Origin: Candidatus Caldarchaeum sp.
Lineage (GTDB): Archaea; Thermoproteota; Nitrososphaeria_A; Caldarchaeales; Caldarchaeaceae
NCBI GenBank assembly: GCA_038885755.1
Contig: JAVZZH010000001.1
Location: forward strand, 288,001 to 352,000
DNA length: 64,000 nt
Reading direction: 5' to 3'
Each line of letters opens with the position of its first letter. Position 1 is the first letter of the stretch. This document shows, one piece after another, positions 45,991 to 56,002 of the stretch. The notes under the pieces were generated by a model that saw only the letters and a program-made list of their open reading frames with translations, was not told the DNA's origin and did no database searches. A program made the translations under genes and the position numbers.

Positions 45991-48024
45991 TTGGGCGTCT
46001 CCGAAGTCGTTGAGGTTGCTGTCGTAGCTCCACGGCATAGGGCGGAGCAGCTGGTCGAGGAGCTCATGGCTTTTCAGGATTTCCACCCTTCTGAGCGGCA
46101 ACGCCACAGAGACGCCAGACTCCACGAGCTCGAGCACAGGGCGGAGGCTGGTTATGTAAGGCTTCAGACCGCAATACAGGAGCTGGGTGTAAAGGACTCG
46201 GTCGGAATCATCGACATGCTCGCAAACCCGGGAAAAGTTGTTCAGAGAGAGCTAACGGCAGAGGGCCTTGTCGAGCTTTTGAACAGGCTGGACAGCGAGT
46301 CGAAACCTCTCCTCGACACGGTAAACAACCTTCTGCAGGAAAGGAAGAACGTCTCCGAGAAACTGGAACGTCTCGAGTCTCTCTACCGGCTGTTGAAGAA
46401 GGTGGGCGACATGGAGCTTGACCTAGATTCTCTGAAGACCATGAAAAAGTTCCACGTCTTCCTAGGCTTCGCGACGGGTGCCGAGCTGGCTGAGCTCCGC
46501 AGGGCCGCGACGAACTCGGCCGTGGTCGAGTCAGTGGTTGAGGACTTCATTCTTCTCCTCGTCGTTTCGAAGAAATCTGAAGGAGAGGTTGTCGAGAGAG
46601 TCGTCAAAGGACTGGGCGTAAAGCCGTTGACGATTCCTCCCGAATACCCGCCTAGGCTGAGGGAGGCTGTCAAGCTGTTGGGTGAGGAGGTCCAGTCTCT
46701 AAAGAAAACTGCTGAGGAGGTCGAGGAAAAGCTGAAGGATGTCGTGGCTAAACATTCGGACCAGCTTGTTTCTCTCAGAGACAGCTACCTCATCGTCAAG
46801 GATGCTTTGGCGAGGATAGGGGGTGCTGGCGCTCTGAAGTCCTTCGCATTAATCGAGGGCTACGTCCCTGCTGAGAGGTTTGACGTGTTCATGCATACCG
46901 TTGGGTCGAAGTACCCCGTCTTGACAGTCGACCGAGCCAAGCATCATCACGAAGAAGCCCCGACAAGCTTTAGAAACCCTTCGGTCATCAAACCCTTCGA
47001 GAAAATAACCATGATACAGGGCCTGCCGAGCCATCGTGAGATAGACCCGACGCCCTACGTGTCGGCTTTCTTCTGCATCTTCTACGGAATAATGTTCGCA
47101 GACCTAGGCCAAGGCCTCGTCATACTGGCTTTCGGGCTTTTCATGCTGAGACGTGTTTCGGGAGACCTGAAGCTTTGGGCTAAGCTGCTGGTCTTCCTGG
47201 GAGTTTCCTCGGCACTTACAGGCTTTCTCTTAGGCGAAGCCTTCGGCTTCAAAATAGGCGACGTAGTCGGCTCTCCCCAGCTTCTTCACCTTGTTGAAGA
47301 ACACGGTGGGGCGAAGACCTTCAACATGGCTGAAGTCCAGAGGCTTCTCGTCTTCACTATACTCCTCGGCGTTGTACATCTCACAGTCGGATACGTTCTA
47401 TCGATCGTGAAGTACTGGAGGGAGGGGGAGAAGGGTGAAGCCCTAGCGGTGAAGCTTCCAACCCTCCTGATGTACTTCTTCGGCATATTCTTCGTCCTGG
47501 CTTTCTTCGGGGCGGGTGGAAGCATTCCCAACATGCTGGTGGTGTCCAACCCAGCTCCTCTGGTCAACCTGCCGACGAACCTTGTGGGAACAGTGGGAGT
47601 CTACGGATCTCTGGCATGCGTGCTGGTTTTGATGTTCGGAAGATATGTCGCAGGCCTGGCGCATCCAGGTCATAGGACAAGCCTAGTCGGCTCTGTTGGG
47701 ATGGGTTTGCTCGAAGTCTTGGAGAACATCATCCACTTCCTGTCCAACACCATCTCGTACTCGAGGCTGACCATTCTGCTGATAGTGCACACAGCTCTAC
47801 TCCTCTTGCTCAACACCGCTTGGCAGGCCCTGGGTCTAGCCTCCCTTCCACTAATGGTTGTTGGCAACATAGGCATCATGCTGCTGGAGGGCATGCTCGT
47901 CTTCATCCAAGCCATGCGTCTACACGTCTATGAGTTCTTCAGCAAGTTCTTCGACGGAGCCGGGCCGCCTTTCAAAGGCCTTGCGAGAGAAACTCCGTTC
48001 GTGAAAATAAGGCTGACACGTTAG
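45991..48024 (+). CDS. atpI: A/V-type ATP synthase subunit I
   Basis: EGYVP, APT...NP, EIDPT, YG.MFAD.GQG, SNTISYSRL, QAMRLH.YEFFSKF. Confidence 0.95.
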   Translation: MGVSEVVEVAVVAPRHRAEQLVEELMAFQDFHPSERQRHRDARLHELEHRAEAGYVRLQTAIQELGVKDSVGIIDMLANPGKVVQRELTAEGLVELLNRLDSESKPLLDTVNNLLQERKNVSEKLERLESLYRLLKKVGDMELDLDSLKTMKKFHVFLGFATGAELAELRRAATNSAVVESVVEDFILLLVVSKKSEGEVVERVVKGLGVKPLTIPPEYPPRLREAVKLLGEEVQSLKKTAEEVEEKLKDVVAKHSDQLVSLRDSYLIVKDALARIGGAGALKSFALIEGYVPAERFDVFMHTVGSKYPVLTVDRAKHHHEEAPTSFRNPSVIKPFEKITMIQGLPSHREIDPTPYVSAFFCIFYGIMFADLGQGLVILAFGLFMLRRVSGDLKLWAKLLVFLGVSSALTGFLLGEAFGFKIGDVVGSPQLLHLVEEHGGAKTFNMAEVQRLLVFTILLGVVHLTVGYVLSIVKYWREGEKGEALAVKLPTLLMYFFGIFFVLAFFGAGGSIPNMLVVSNPAPLVNLPTNLVGTVGVYGSLACVLVLMFGRYVAGLAHPGHRTSLVGSVGMGLLEVLENIIHFLSNTISYSRLTILLIVHTALLLLLNTAWQALGLASLPLMVVGNIGIMLLEGMLVFIQAMRLHVYEFFSKFFDGAGPPFKGLARETPFVKIRLTR

Positions 48025-48545
48025 CGCTTGACTATCCTCTTCCCCCTCTCGGAGGGCTCAACAACTATCTTGGCATCGTCGTAGACCTTATCGAGCTCCC
48101 TCCCCTCCTGAAGCCAGTCTAGGAAAACGGCTAGGGCGGCGGCTTCGCTGTGAGGCTGGCTTGTAATCGCCACGTTAAAATCCGCCAGCTTGAAAACCTC
48201 ACCCTCAACCTTCTCACCTCCGACGACAACTAGAAGCTGCTGCCCCCTCGAGTATTGGGCTTTCAGCTCGTCGATTACTTTCTTGACCGGAAGACCGTAG
48301 ACCGTTAGGTGTATCTTCTTGCCAGGCCACTGTCTCAGGAGGCTTCGCCACGATTCCACGTACTCGGCCCTAAAACTACCTCCCCACCGCCTTACGACAC
48401 TGTCGATCGTCTGTTCAACTGTCCTGTCTCTGTCGCCCGTGTAGTACATGATATCAGCGCCGAACGCTCTCGCCACCAGCCCCACGTGCGTGGTAAGCCT
48501 CTTGTCCCTCTCAACCCTGTGGCCCAGCCTGAGGACAGCTATCAA
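48021..48545 (-). CDS. trm56: tRNA (cytidine-56-2'-O)-methyltransferase
   Basis: LRLGHR..RDKR.TTHV.L.ARAFGA, HLT.YG, VGGEKV, N.A...QPHSE.AALA.FLD. Confidence 0.95.
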   Translation of the reverse strand: MIAVLRLGHRVERDKRLTTHVGLVARAFGADIMYYTGDRDRTVEQTIDSVVRRWGGSFRAEYVESWRSLLRQWPGKKIHLTVYGLPVKKVIDELKAQYSRGQQLLVVVGGEKVEGEVFKLADFNVAITSQPHSEAAALAVFLDWLQEGRELDKVYDDAKIVVEPSERGKRIVKR

Positions 48546-48547
48546 GC

Positions 48548-49084
48548 CTACTTTAGGTTAGACTCCAGCTCCTCTATCTTAGCTTTCAGCCTCTCGACGA
48601 ACTTGGAGTTGTCGTAGAGAGTTAGTGGTTTTCCGCAAACACGGCATCTGAACAACGTCTCCATCGAGGTTGTGAAGTTGTACTTGGGGCATCCCGGGGT
48701 CCCGCACCAGTACATCTGGTTGCTCTCCTCGTATTCCAGACGAGCTTTGAGCCTGTCCAGCACTTTCCGCATCAAGATCTTAGTGTAGCCGACGAGCTGT
48801 TCCTGTTGAACCCTCCACTTGAACGTCCTGTGGCCCGTGGTTTTATCCCTGTGAACCTCGTAAGAAACAGCCCCCAAGTCGTTAAGCTTATGAAGAACCT
48901 TCCTAACCTCCTTGACGTCTATCGCGGTAGCGGCGGAGACCTCCTCGTCGGTCAGATGAGGCCGGCTCAGCAAGGTCTTGACAATTTTACGAGCCGGTTC
49001 CCCGCCAATCATCTCGACAATCTTCAAGCAAGACTCTTCGTCGAGAATAATCATCAAATCCTTCTTCCATGTATAGAAAATCAT
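48548..49084 (-). CDS. tfe: Transcription factor E (alpha)
   Basis: TDEE.S......KEVRK.L..L winged helix plus Zn ribbon C...GC...F.C..CG.PL...DN; start may be ATG 49054. Confidence 0.92.
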   Translation of the reverse strand: MIFYTWKKDLMIILDEESCLKIVEMIGGEPARKIVKTLLSRPHLTDEEVSAATAIDVKEVRKVLHKLNDLGAVSYEVHRDKTTGHRTFKWRVQQEQLVGYTKILMRKVLDRLKARLEYEESNQMYWCGTPGCPKYNFTTSMETLFRCRVCGKPLTLYDNSKFVERLKAKIEELESNLK

Positions 49085-49107
49085 TCCCGGGTTTTATCTC
49101 TTATGGA

Positions 49108-49184
49108 TGGTGGACCGGCTGGGATTTGAACCCAGGACCTCCCGCACGCCAGGCGGGTGATCTTCCAGACTGATCTACCGGCCC
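49108..49184 (-). tRNA. tRNA-Ala(GGC), CCA encoded
   Basis: Minus strand: acceptor GGGCCGG/CCGGTCC with G3:U70, anticodon arm CCCGC-CT-GGC-GT-GCGGG, ends ACCA. Confidence 0.96.
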
Positions 49185-49260
49185 TGCTGGAGATCTCCAC
49201 CGGCTTCTTATAGGTGTTTTTATGCTATAGATTTTTAAATAATTCGGTTGTTGTCTCTAC

Positions 49261-50481
49261 ATGGCTGTTGTTGATTTCTTGACCGTGGACGACCTTGAAT
49301 GGGTGGGCAGGCGGGTTTTTGTGAGGGTGGACCTTAACACGCCGATAGACCCTGTGAGCGGCAGGCTCTTGGAGCTGCACCGTATAAGGGAAGCGTCGTT
49401 CACTGTAAAGCACCTGAACGGTGCTAAGATCGTCCTCGGCTCCCATCAGGGCAGGGTTGGAAGATACGATTACGTATCACTCAGCCAGCACGCTAAAGCT
49501 TTGTCGGAGGTTTTGGGAAGGCCCGTCAAGTTTGTCGAGGACGTGTTCGGCGAGTCCGCTAGAGCTGCGATAAAAAGCATGGGTGAGGGAGACATTCTCC
49601 TGCTGGAAAATCTGAGGTTTGCCGCCGAGGAGAACTTCGAGTTCACGCCCGAGGATGCGGCGAAAACCCATCTGGTGAGCAAGCTGGCGCCTCTGTTCGA
49701 CATCTGCGTTCTGGATGCCTTCCCAACGGCTCACCGAGCCCATCCATCCATAGTCGGCTTTCCAGAGATACTTCCGACGTGCGCCGGCTACTTGGTTGCT
49801 CGGGAGCTGAAGTCCCTTAACCGTGTTATCGCGACCTCAAAGGCTCCTTACACGGCTGTTCTCGGCGGGTCGAAGGTCTCCGACAGACTAGAGGCTATAG
49901 AGGCGCTCATCTCGAACGGCCGTGCTGACAACGTCCTCCTGACAGGGTTGATAGGGGTTGTGTTCCTCAGAGCGGTTGAAGCCTTCAAAAAACCGCTTCC
50001 CAGAGAGTTGGAGAAACACGTGCCCAAGGCGGCTAAGCTTTACAACGAGCACAGGGAGAAGTTCCAGCTTCCGGAGGATGTTGCGGTTGAGAAGGACGGT
50101 GAAAGGGTTGAGGTGGACGTCCGAAGCCTGGAAAACGCTGAGCAGGTTCTCGACATAGGGGACAGGACGATCAAGAAGTACTCGAAGATTATCAAGAGCT
50201 CCGGAACCATCTTCATCAGCGGCCCTCCGGGAATGTTCGAGAAGAAGGGCTTCGAGAAGGGGACTGACGAGCTTCTTCTCGCCACGGCCAGCTCGCTTGG
50301 GACGTCAATCGTAAGCGGTGGGCATTTGTCGGCGGCTCTTGAAAGGCTCGGGGTGAAGGACTGGATTGACCACGTGAGCACGGCTGGAGGTGCTTTGGTC
50401 ATGTTTCTCGCAGGTATGAGCCTGCCTCTGATAGAGGCTCTCGGCCGAAGCGCTAGACGCTACAGGGGTGGGGTTGTTTGA
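49261..50481 (+). CDS. pgk: Phosphoglycerate kinase
   Basis: RVDLN.P, SHQGR, LLENLRF, DAF..AHR, LGGSK, DIG, GGH, STAGGA. Confidence 0.97.
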   Translation: MAVVDFLTVDDLEWVGRRVFVRVDLNTPIDPVSGRLLELHRIREASFTVKHLNGAKIVLGSHQGRVGRYDYVSLSQHAKALSEVLGRPVKFVEDVFGESARAAIKSMGEGDILLLENLRFAAEENFEFTPEDAAKTHLVSKLAPLFDICVLDAFPTAHRAHPSIVGFPEILPTCAGYLVARELKSLNRVIATSKAPYTAVLGGSKVSDRLEAIEALISNGRADNVLLTGLIGVVFLRAVEAFKKPLPRELEKHVPKAAKLYNEHREKFQLPEDVAVEKDGERVEVDVRSLENAEQVLDIGDRTIKKYSKIIKSSGTIFISGPPGMFEKKGFEKGTDELLLATASSLGTSIVSGGHLSAALERLGVKDWIDHVSTAGGALVMFLAGMSLPLIEALGRSARRYRGGVV

Positions 50482-51488
50482 TAAAGGTTGGCGTCAACGG
50501 CTACGGAACGATAGGAAGGAGGGTGGCTGACGCCGTCAGCTTGCAGGACGACATGACTGTCGTAGGGGTTGTGAAGGCAACGCCTGACTACAAGGCTAGG
50601 AGAGCGCTGGAGAAAGGCTACAGAATCTACTGCATAGACCAGGAGGGTGTATCCCGCTTCAGGAAGGCGGGCATAAGGGTTGAAGGGGTTCTGGACGACT
50701 TGCTGAGCGAGTGTGATGTGGTTGTCGACTGCACACCCGGAGACGTCGGAATGACATACAGACAGAAGTATGCTTCGATGGGTAGGAGGGCCGTGTTCCA
50801 AGGCGGCGAGGAGGCTGAAGTGGCTGAGACCAGCTTCGTGGCTCAGTGCAACTACGACAAGGCAGTTGGCAGAAAGTCGGTAAGAGTCGTCTCATGCAAC
50901 ACAACAGCTCTATGCAGGGTTCTTCACTCTCTGGACACCGCGTACGGTATTGAGAGAGCCCGGGCCGTGATAGCTAGGCGGGCTTCGGACCCAGAAGAGT
51001 CCTCTAAAGGCTTGATAGACGCCGTCGTGTTCGACCCCGTCGAGGTTCCGTCGCATCACGCCGACGATGTCAGAACCGTTCTTCCAGAGTTAAACATCTT
51101 GACCATGGCTATGAAGGTTCCGACAAGCCACATGCACGTCCACAGCCTCCTTATCACGCTTGAGAGGAATGCTTCGACCGAGGAGGTGAGGGATCTTCTC
51201 TCCCGAACTACGCGCGTGAAGGTTGTCTGGAAGTCGGACGGGTTCAAGAGCACGGCTAACGTCTTCGAATACGGCAGGGAGAGCGGCCGGTCTAGGGGAG
51301 ACGTCTACGAGGCTGTGGTGTGGGGGGATTCCGTCAAGGCTGTTGGACGGGAGGTCTACTTCTTCATGGGCGTCCATCAGGAGGCTATCGTTGTTCCGGA
51401 GAACGTCGACGCTGTGAGAGCTGTCGTGGGTGAGACACCGGCCGACCAGAGCATACAGAAAACCAACAAGGCGCTTGGAATAGTTTGA
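50478..51488 (+). CDS. gap: Glyceraldehyde-3-phosphate dehydrogenase (archaeal class II)
   Basis: NGYGTIGRRVA, FQGGE, VVSCNTT, PSHH, HQE.IV.PEN.DA.RA. Confidence 0.97.
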   Translation: MIKVGVNGYGTIGRRVADAVSLQDDMTVVGVVKATPDYKARRALEKGYRIYCIDQEGVSRFRKAGIRVEGVLDDLLSECDVVVDCTPGDVGMTYRQKYASMGRRAVFQGGEEAEVAETSFVAQCNYDKAVGRKSVRVVSCNTTALCRVLHSLDTAYGIERARAVIARRASDPEESSKGLIDAVVFDPVEVPSHHADDVRTVLPELNILTMAMKVPTSHMHVHSLLITLERNASTEEVRDLLSRTTRVKVVWKSDGFKSTANVFEYGRESGRSRGDVYEAVVWGDSVKAVGREVYFFMGVHQEAIVVPENVDAVRAVVGETPADQSIQKTNKALGIV

Positions 51489-52114
51489 AAAGGGTTAAGG
51501 CTGTTTTCCTAGACGTCGACGGCACGCTGTATCGCAGCAGTAAGTATGAAGAGCATCTCCTCGAGTCCGCGGTGGCTGTCCTCGCCGAGCTGCTTCAGCT
51601 CAGCAGGGCCGAGGCCTTTAGAAAGCTGATGAGTTTGAAAAGGGAGGTCAAAACCGTGAGCAAGAGCGTTGAGTTGATGGGGTTGAGCCGCAGCATCTTC
51701 TACGGTCGGCTCGCCGAGCGGGTTGTGCCGGAAAAATACATTGAGCCGGCGCCGGAGGTTGTCGAAACGCTGCTTTCCCTCAGGAGGAGAGGTTTGTTCG
51801 TCGGCCTGCACACCAACTCGGGCAGAAGGCTTGCCGCTAAGGTTTTAGAATGCTTGGGCGTGGGTTCAGACTGCTACGACTTCATCGTCACGAGCGACGA
51901 CGCTGAACCCAAGCCGGACCCTGCAGGCTACATGCTTCTTCTGTCGAAGTCGGGAGCGGGGGCCGGCGAGGCTCTGTATGTTGGAGACAGGTGTGATGTG
52001 GAGCTGGCTCCTGCTAAGAAGGTGGGGATGCTGACGGCTGGCGTAAATATGAGCGACTGTGTTTACGCCGACTACATCCTTAGCAGCGTTGTAGAAGTCT
52101 TGGATATCATTTGA
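51485..52114 (+). CDS. HAD-superfamily hydrolase
   Basis: FLDVDGTLY, TNS, KPDP, YVGD...E...A...G. Confidence 0.92.
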   Translation: MKRVKAVFLDVDGTLYRSSKYEEHLLESAVAVLAELLQLSRAEAFRKLMSLKREVKTVSKSVELMGLSRSIFYGRLAERVVPEKYIEPAPEVVETLLSLRRRGLFVGLHTNSGRRLAAKVLECLGVGSDCYDFIVTSDDAEPKPDPAGYMLLLSKSGAGAGEALYVGDRCDVELAPAKKVGMLTAGVNMSDCVYADYILSSVVEVLDII

Positions 52115-52808
52115 TTCCAAGATAAAGCTTCCCAAGCTCCTCGTGCCGCAGAAGCGTCTGCGCCTCTCCCTCGAAGACCGGCCGGCCGCTGACGAGCAGC
52201 ACAGCTCTGTCAGCTATCTCCAAAGCTTTTCTAGCGTTCTGCTCGGCGAGGAGAATGGTCTTGCCGTAGTCGTCTCTAAGCCCCTTGATTATGTCGAGGA
52301 TCTGCGTAGCCATCTTCGGAGACAGGTTGCCGGTCGGCTCGTCGAAAAGCATCAGCTTTGGCTGGCGGACGAGGGCCATGGCGATGGCCAACATCTGCCT
52401 CTCTCCTCCGCTCATGTAAGCAGCCTTCTTTCCTTGGTATTTTTTGAGGTGGGGGAAGATATCCATGACGTCGTAGACTGCTTGCTCTCTTTTCGCCATG
52501 CCGTAGGTTGATATGAGTAGGTTTTCTCGGACGGTGAGGTTGGCGAAGACGTTGTCGACTTGGGGGACGTAGGCAACTCCCTGCGAGGCCACTGAGTGGG
52601 GTGGAAGCCCGGTGATGTCTTTGCCGTCGAGATATACTTTACCCGAGTAGACACGGGTCAGCCCGAAAATGGTTTTGAGAAGAGTGCTTTTGCCGCTTCC
52701 GTTAGGACCTAAAACGGTGGTTAGAAGTTTTTCAGGAGCCGAGACCGAGACTTCGAACAGAACTTGCAGCTTTCTGTAGCCGGCTCCAAGGTTTTCAGTC
52801 CTCAGCAA
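52107..52808 (-). CDS. Branched-chain amino acid ABC ATPase (LivF-like)
   Basis: GPNGSGKST, SGGERQMLA, DEPT..L.P, EQNA. Confidence 0.93.
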   Translation of the reverse strand: MLRTENLGAGYRKLQVLFEVSVSAPEKLLTTVLGPNGSGKSTLLKTIFGLTRVYSGKVYLDGKDITGLPPHSVASQGVAYVPQVDNVFANLTVRENLLISTYGMAKREQAVYDVMDIFPHLKKYQGKKAAYMSGGERQMLAIAMALVRQPKLMLFDEPTGNLSPKMATQILDIIKGLRDDYGKTILLAEQNARKALEIADRAVLLVSGRPVFEGEAQTLLRHEELGKLYLGIK

Positions 52809-52811
52809 GCT

Positions 52812-53576
52812 TCATCCACCGAGGTAGCTCTCAACCACCCTTATGTCGTTCAAAACCTCCGAAGGCTTGCCCTCTGAGATGATTTTACCCAGATGCATGG
52901 CGTAAACGTAGTCGACGTAGGGTATTGCTAGGTCGAGGCGATGCTCTATGAGCAGGAGCGTCACCCCAAGCTTTCGGTTGACTTCTTTCAAGTAGGCGAA
53001 GACTTCATGTGCTAGGATTGGGTTTATGCCTGCCGCCGGCTCGTCCATGAGTATCATTTTCGCACCGCTCATCAAAGCCCTGCCTGTTTCGAGGAGCTTC
53101 ATCTGGCCGCCGCTAAGCTTGAAGGCCTGCTGGTCCCAGAGATGGTCAAGCTTCAAAAGCTTTAAGATCTTATAGGCTTTCTCAACCGCCTCCTCCTCAA
53201 ATTTAAGCCACTTTGACCTGTTAAGAGCGGAGAGAAGCCCTTCACCCGGGTTGTATTTTTCTGAGGCCAAGAGGTTTTCTAGAACTGTTAGAGACTGGAA
53301 AGGCTGGGGTATCTGCCAGGTCCTAACGAGCCCTAAGCGGTAGATTTGATGCGGTTTCAACCCTGTTACAGGCTTGCCGTCAAAAAACACTTCACCGTGC
53401 TCAGGCCTATAAACTCCTGTGACAACGTTTACCAGAGTGGTTTTGCCGCTACCGTTAGGCCCTATCAAAAGACACATACTGCCTTTTTGCACAGATATGT
53501 CGACTCCGTCTAGAGCCCAGAGTCCGCCGAAGTTTTTAGACACGCCTCGAGTCGTTAGAATTGTCTCAACAGTCAT
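52812..53576 (-). CDS. Branched-chain amino acid ABC ATPase (LivG-like)
   Basis: FGGL.ALD, GPNGSGKTT, LSGGQ.KL.E, DEPAAG.NP, IEH. Confidence 0.93.
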   Translation of the reverse strand: MTVETILTTRGVSKNFGGLWALDGVDISVQKGSMCLLIGPNGSGKTTLVNVVTGVYRPEHGEVFFDGKPVTGLKPHQIYRLGLVRTWQIPQPFQSLTVLENLLASEKYNPGEGLLSALNRSKWLKFEEEAVEKAYKILKLLKLDHLWDQQAFKLSGGQMKLLETGRALMSGAKMILMDEPAAGINPILAHEVFAYLKEVNRKLGVTLLLIEHRLDLAIPYVDYVYAMHLGKIISEGKPSEVLNDIRVVESYLGG

Positions 53577-53608
53577 TCTATAAAAAATGGATAAATAATA
53601 TATGAGTT

Positions 53609-54982
53609 TTACGGCGTGAAGCCCGCGGCCCACTCGAAGGAGTTAGATGCGTAGATGTATCTTCCGGCTTCAACCCAACGTGGTTTGCCGTCCACCGTCT
53701 TCACAACCCAGAGAATGTAGTCCGAGTATGGAAGGTCTCCGCCGTCGTCGAGCTTCAGGCTCAAGAACTCGGGAGCCACAGTCGGCAGAACAGCCTTAAC
53801 CGCTTCGGCATCATACTTCTGGGTTGCCATCAGTGCCAGAGCGTAGGCCCAGACAGCGCTGTAAGCCGCATAAGAGTATGCGTCGGGCGGCGAGCGTCCT
53901 AGCACTCTTAAAACCTCGGCATCTATTCTCGCTTTCCTGTCGGGGGTTGTGGCGAAGAACAGCGGGTTAATCCATTTGACCTGTTCAGCGAAGCTGGAGG
54001 CAGCCGGGTCTTGGAATATCGCTGCAGTGACAGCAGTTCCGTCGCTGCCGAACCATCTTACCTGCTTTAGCTGTGGATATTCGTTTGCAGCCGATAGGAA
54101 TGCCACCACCTCATCAAAGCCGACTATCTCGATCATGATTTTGTTGCCCTGAACTCCTGAATCGAGCAGAGACTTGACCGCGTTGGCTAGCTGGGAGACT
54201 TCGGCTGAGAACTCTGTCTTGTCCGGAGCGTATCTGAGCTCGAAGGCTAGGTTGAGACCAAGTTTCCTAGCCTCACCTGTCGAGACTGTATGCAGGCCGT
54301 CGCCCCACGGGTCTCCTCTCCACACGTAGAGGAAGTGCGTCACTCCGAGGAGCTTTGCAAGCCGTGGGCCGATTGGTCCTTGAATATCATCAGCAGGACA
54401 GAATCTGTAAACGTAGTCGCCGGGTATCTTAAGGTCGGGCGCCGTCGACGACTGGGATATCAGGAGAATCTTGTTTGTGTCGGCGAAGCCCTTTATCTGA
54501 CGCACTTCGGCGGAGGTCATGGGGCCGACGATTAACCTCACGCCCCTGGCGTATAGGCTTCTTATCTTCTCTTCGGCGGTGGCTGGTGCGCATGCTGTAT
54601 CTTCGTGGACTAGTTTGATTCTGAATCCAGCGCCAGCCTTTTGTAGATAATCGTTCACCTCTTTGGCCGCAAGGTCCATGGCAACTTTCTCGTTTTCAGC
54701 GTATGAGGAGAGCACAGCGCTGAGACATAGCAGCGTACCTATCTGCACTTCTCCCGTAAGACCTGCAGCAGCAGTCGCCGTCACTGTCCTCTCAACCGTT
54801 GCTGTCCTAAACACAGTCTGAGCAGCAGTCGCCGTCACTGTCCTTTCAACCGTTTGCACCTGCGGTCCAACGCCAACCAATGGACCAAGGGCCACAGCTC
54901 CTATCAGAAGACCGATAACAAGGGCAACAACAGCAGCAGCGCCTGCGACAGTTGAGGATACGGCTTTAGTATTTTTTCTCAT
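53609..54982 (-). CDS. ABC substrate-binding protein (LivK-like) with N-terminal anchor and Thr-rich linker
   Basis: KKA-like basic N-terminus followed by a hydrophobic helix; IVGP.TS.E, ISQSSTA, YRF.P.D..Q. Confidence 0.9.
   Translation of the reverse strand: MRKNTKAVSSTVAGAAAVVALVIGLLIGAVALGPLVGVGPQVQTVERTVTATAAQTVFRTATVERTVTATAAAGLTGEVQIGTLLCLSAVLSSYAENEKVAMDLAAKEVNDYLQKAGAGFRIKLVHEDTACAPATAEEKIRSLYARGVRLIVGPMTSAEVRQIKGFADTNKILLISQSSTAPDLKIPGDYVYRFCPADDIQGPIGPRLAKLLGVTHFLYVWRGDPWGDGLHTVSTGEARKLGLNLAFELRYAPDKTEFSAEVSQLANAVKSLLDSGVQGNKIMIEIVGFDEVVAFLSAANEYPQLKQVRWFGSDGTAVTAAIFQDPAASSFAEQVKWINPLFFATTPDRKARIDAEVLRVLGRSPPDAYSYAAYSAVWAYALALMATQKYDAEAVKAVLPTVAPEFLSLKLDDGGDLPYSDYILWVVKTVDGKPRWVEAGRYIYASNSFEWAAGFTP
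54768..54854. repeat. 33-bp direct repeat x2 (54768-54800, 54822-54854; one mismatch) encoding TVERTVTATAA
   Basis: gcagcagtcgccgtcactgtcct(c/t)tcaaccgtt repeated with a 54-bp period. Confidence 0.9.
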
Positions 54983-55060
54983 GCTTTTTTAAAGCCAAAA
55001 CCATGTATATAAGCGTTTTTACAAATCTTATATAGCCCTCGCCAAATATGATGCGGATAG

Positions 55061-56002
55061 ATGGTCGTATTTGAGCCGATAATCAGGGACGCGGTGATCT
55101 TTGCGAGCATGTTAAGCCTTTTGTCTCTTGGCTTAACGCTCAACTATCTCACGACTAAGGTTCCTAACTTCTCCCACGGCAGCTTCGCCTCAATTGGAAT
55201 GATGACCATGCTCACCATGACGGAGTTATTCAAGCTTCATCCTTACTTGTCCGTCGTACCGGCTTTTTTGCTGGGCGGTGCGGCTGCGCTCGTCCTCTAC
55301 CTCGTGGTTCTCAGGACTTTAATCTCCAGGGACGCAAGCCTAGTCTCACAGATGATAGCAACCCTGGCGTTCGAGCTGATTCTAATAGCTGTCCTCAACA
55401 TTTACGCCGACTACTTCACGCAGACATTCAAGGTTCAGTCCCGAGGGTTCTTGATAAGAAGAAACGATGTGAGGCTGTTCGACCAGCCTGGAGTATTCCT
55501 AACAGCGCCCACCCTAGCCGTGTTAACCGTTGTGCTCCTGCACGTGATTTTGACCAAGACCCGGTTTGGCGTAGGATTACGGGCCGCCATAGAGAACCCT
55601 CCGCTAGCCGGAAGCCTTGGAATAAACGTCAAACGCATGTACTCGTATTCGTGGTTTATAGCGGGAGGTCTTGGGGGGCTCGCTGGCTCTCTTCTAGCCC
55701 TCTGGTTTCAGGGAAGCCCTGACTACGGCAGCCTGCAGCTGATAAGCATCTTCGCAGCGAGCATAGTGGGCGGTCTCCAGAATATTTACGGAGCCGTCGC
55801 TGGAGGATACTTGCTCGGCTTCATCGAAATACTGGGGACGCGACAGCTCGGCCTCACTTTCGGGGCTTGGATTACAGTCTATCGGCCGTTAATCCCGCTG
55901 ACGGCCATGGCTATAACACTGATATTAATACCCCAAGGCCTGATAGCAGTTAGATGGAGGAGGTTGGGTAGGCTTCTTTTCGGCAGAGGTGTGAGAGCTT
56001 GA
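55061..56002 (+). CDS. ABC permease (LivH-like)
   Basis: LGLTL.Y....PNFSHG, T.FG..LRA..ENP.LA...GIN, IVGG. Confidence 0.92.
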   Translation: MVVFEPIIRDAVIFASMLSLLSLGLTLNYLTTKVPNFSHGSFASIGMMTMLTMTELFKLHPYLSVVPAFLLGGAAALVLYLVVLRTLISRDASLVSQMIATLAFELILIAVLNIYADYFTQTFKVQSRGFLIRRNDVRLFDQPGVFLTAPTLAVLTVVLLHVILTKTRFGVGLRAAIENPPLAGSLGINVKRMYSYSWFIAGGLGGLAGSLLALWFQGSPDYGSLQLISIFAASIVGGLQNIYGAVAGGYLLGFIEILGTRQLGLTFGAWITVYRPLIPLTAMAITLILIPQGLIAVRWRRLGRLLFGRGVRA

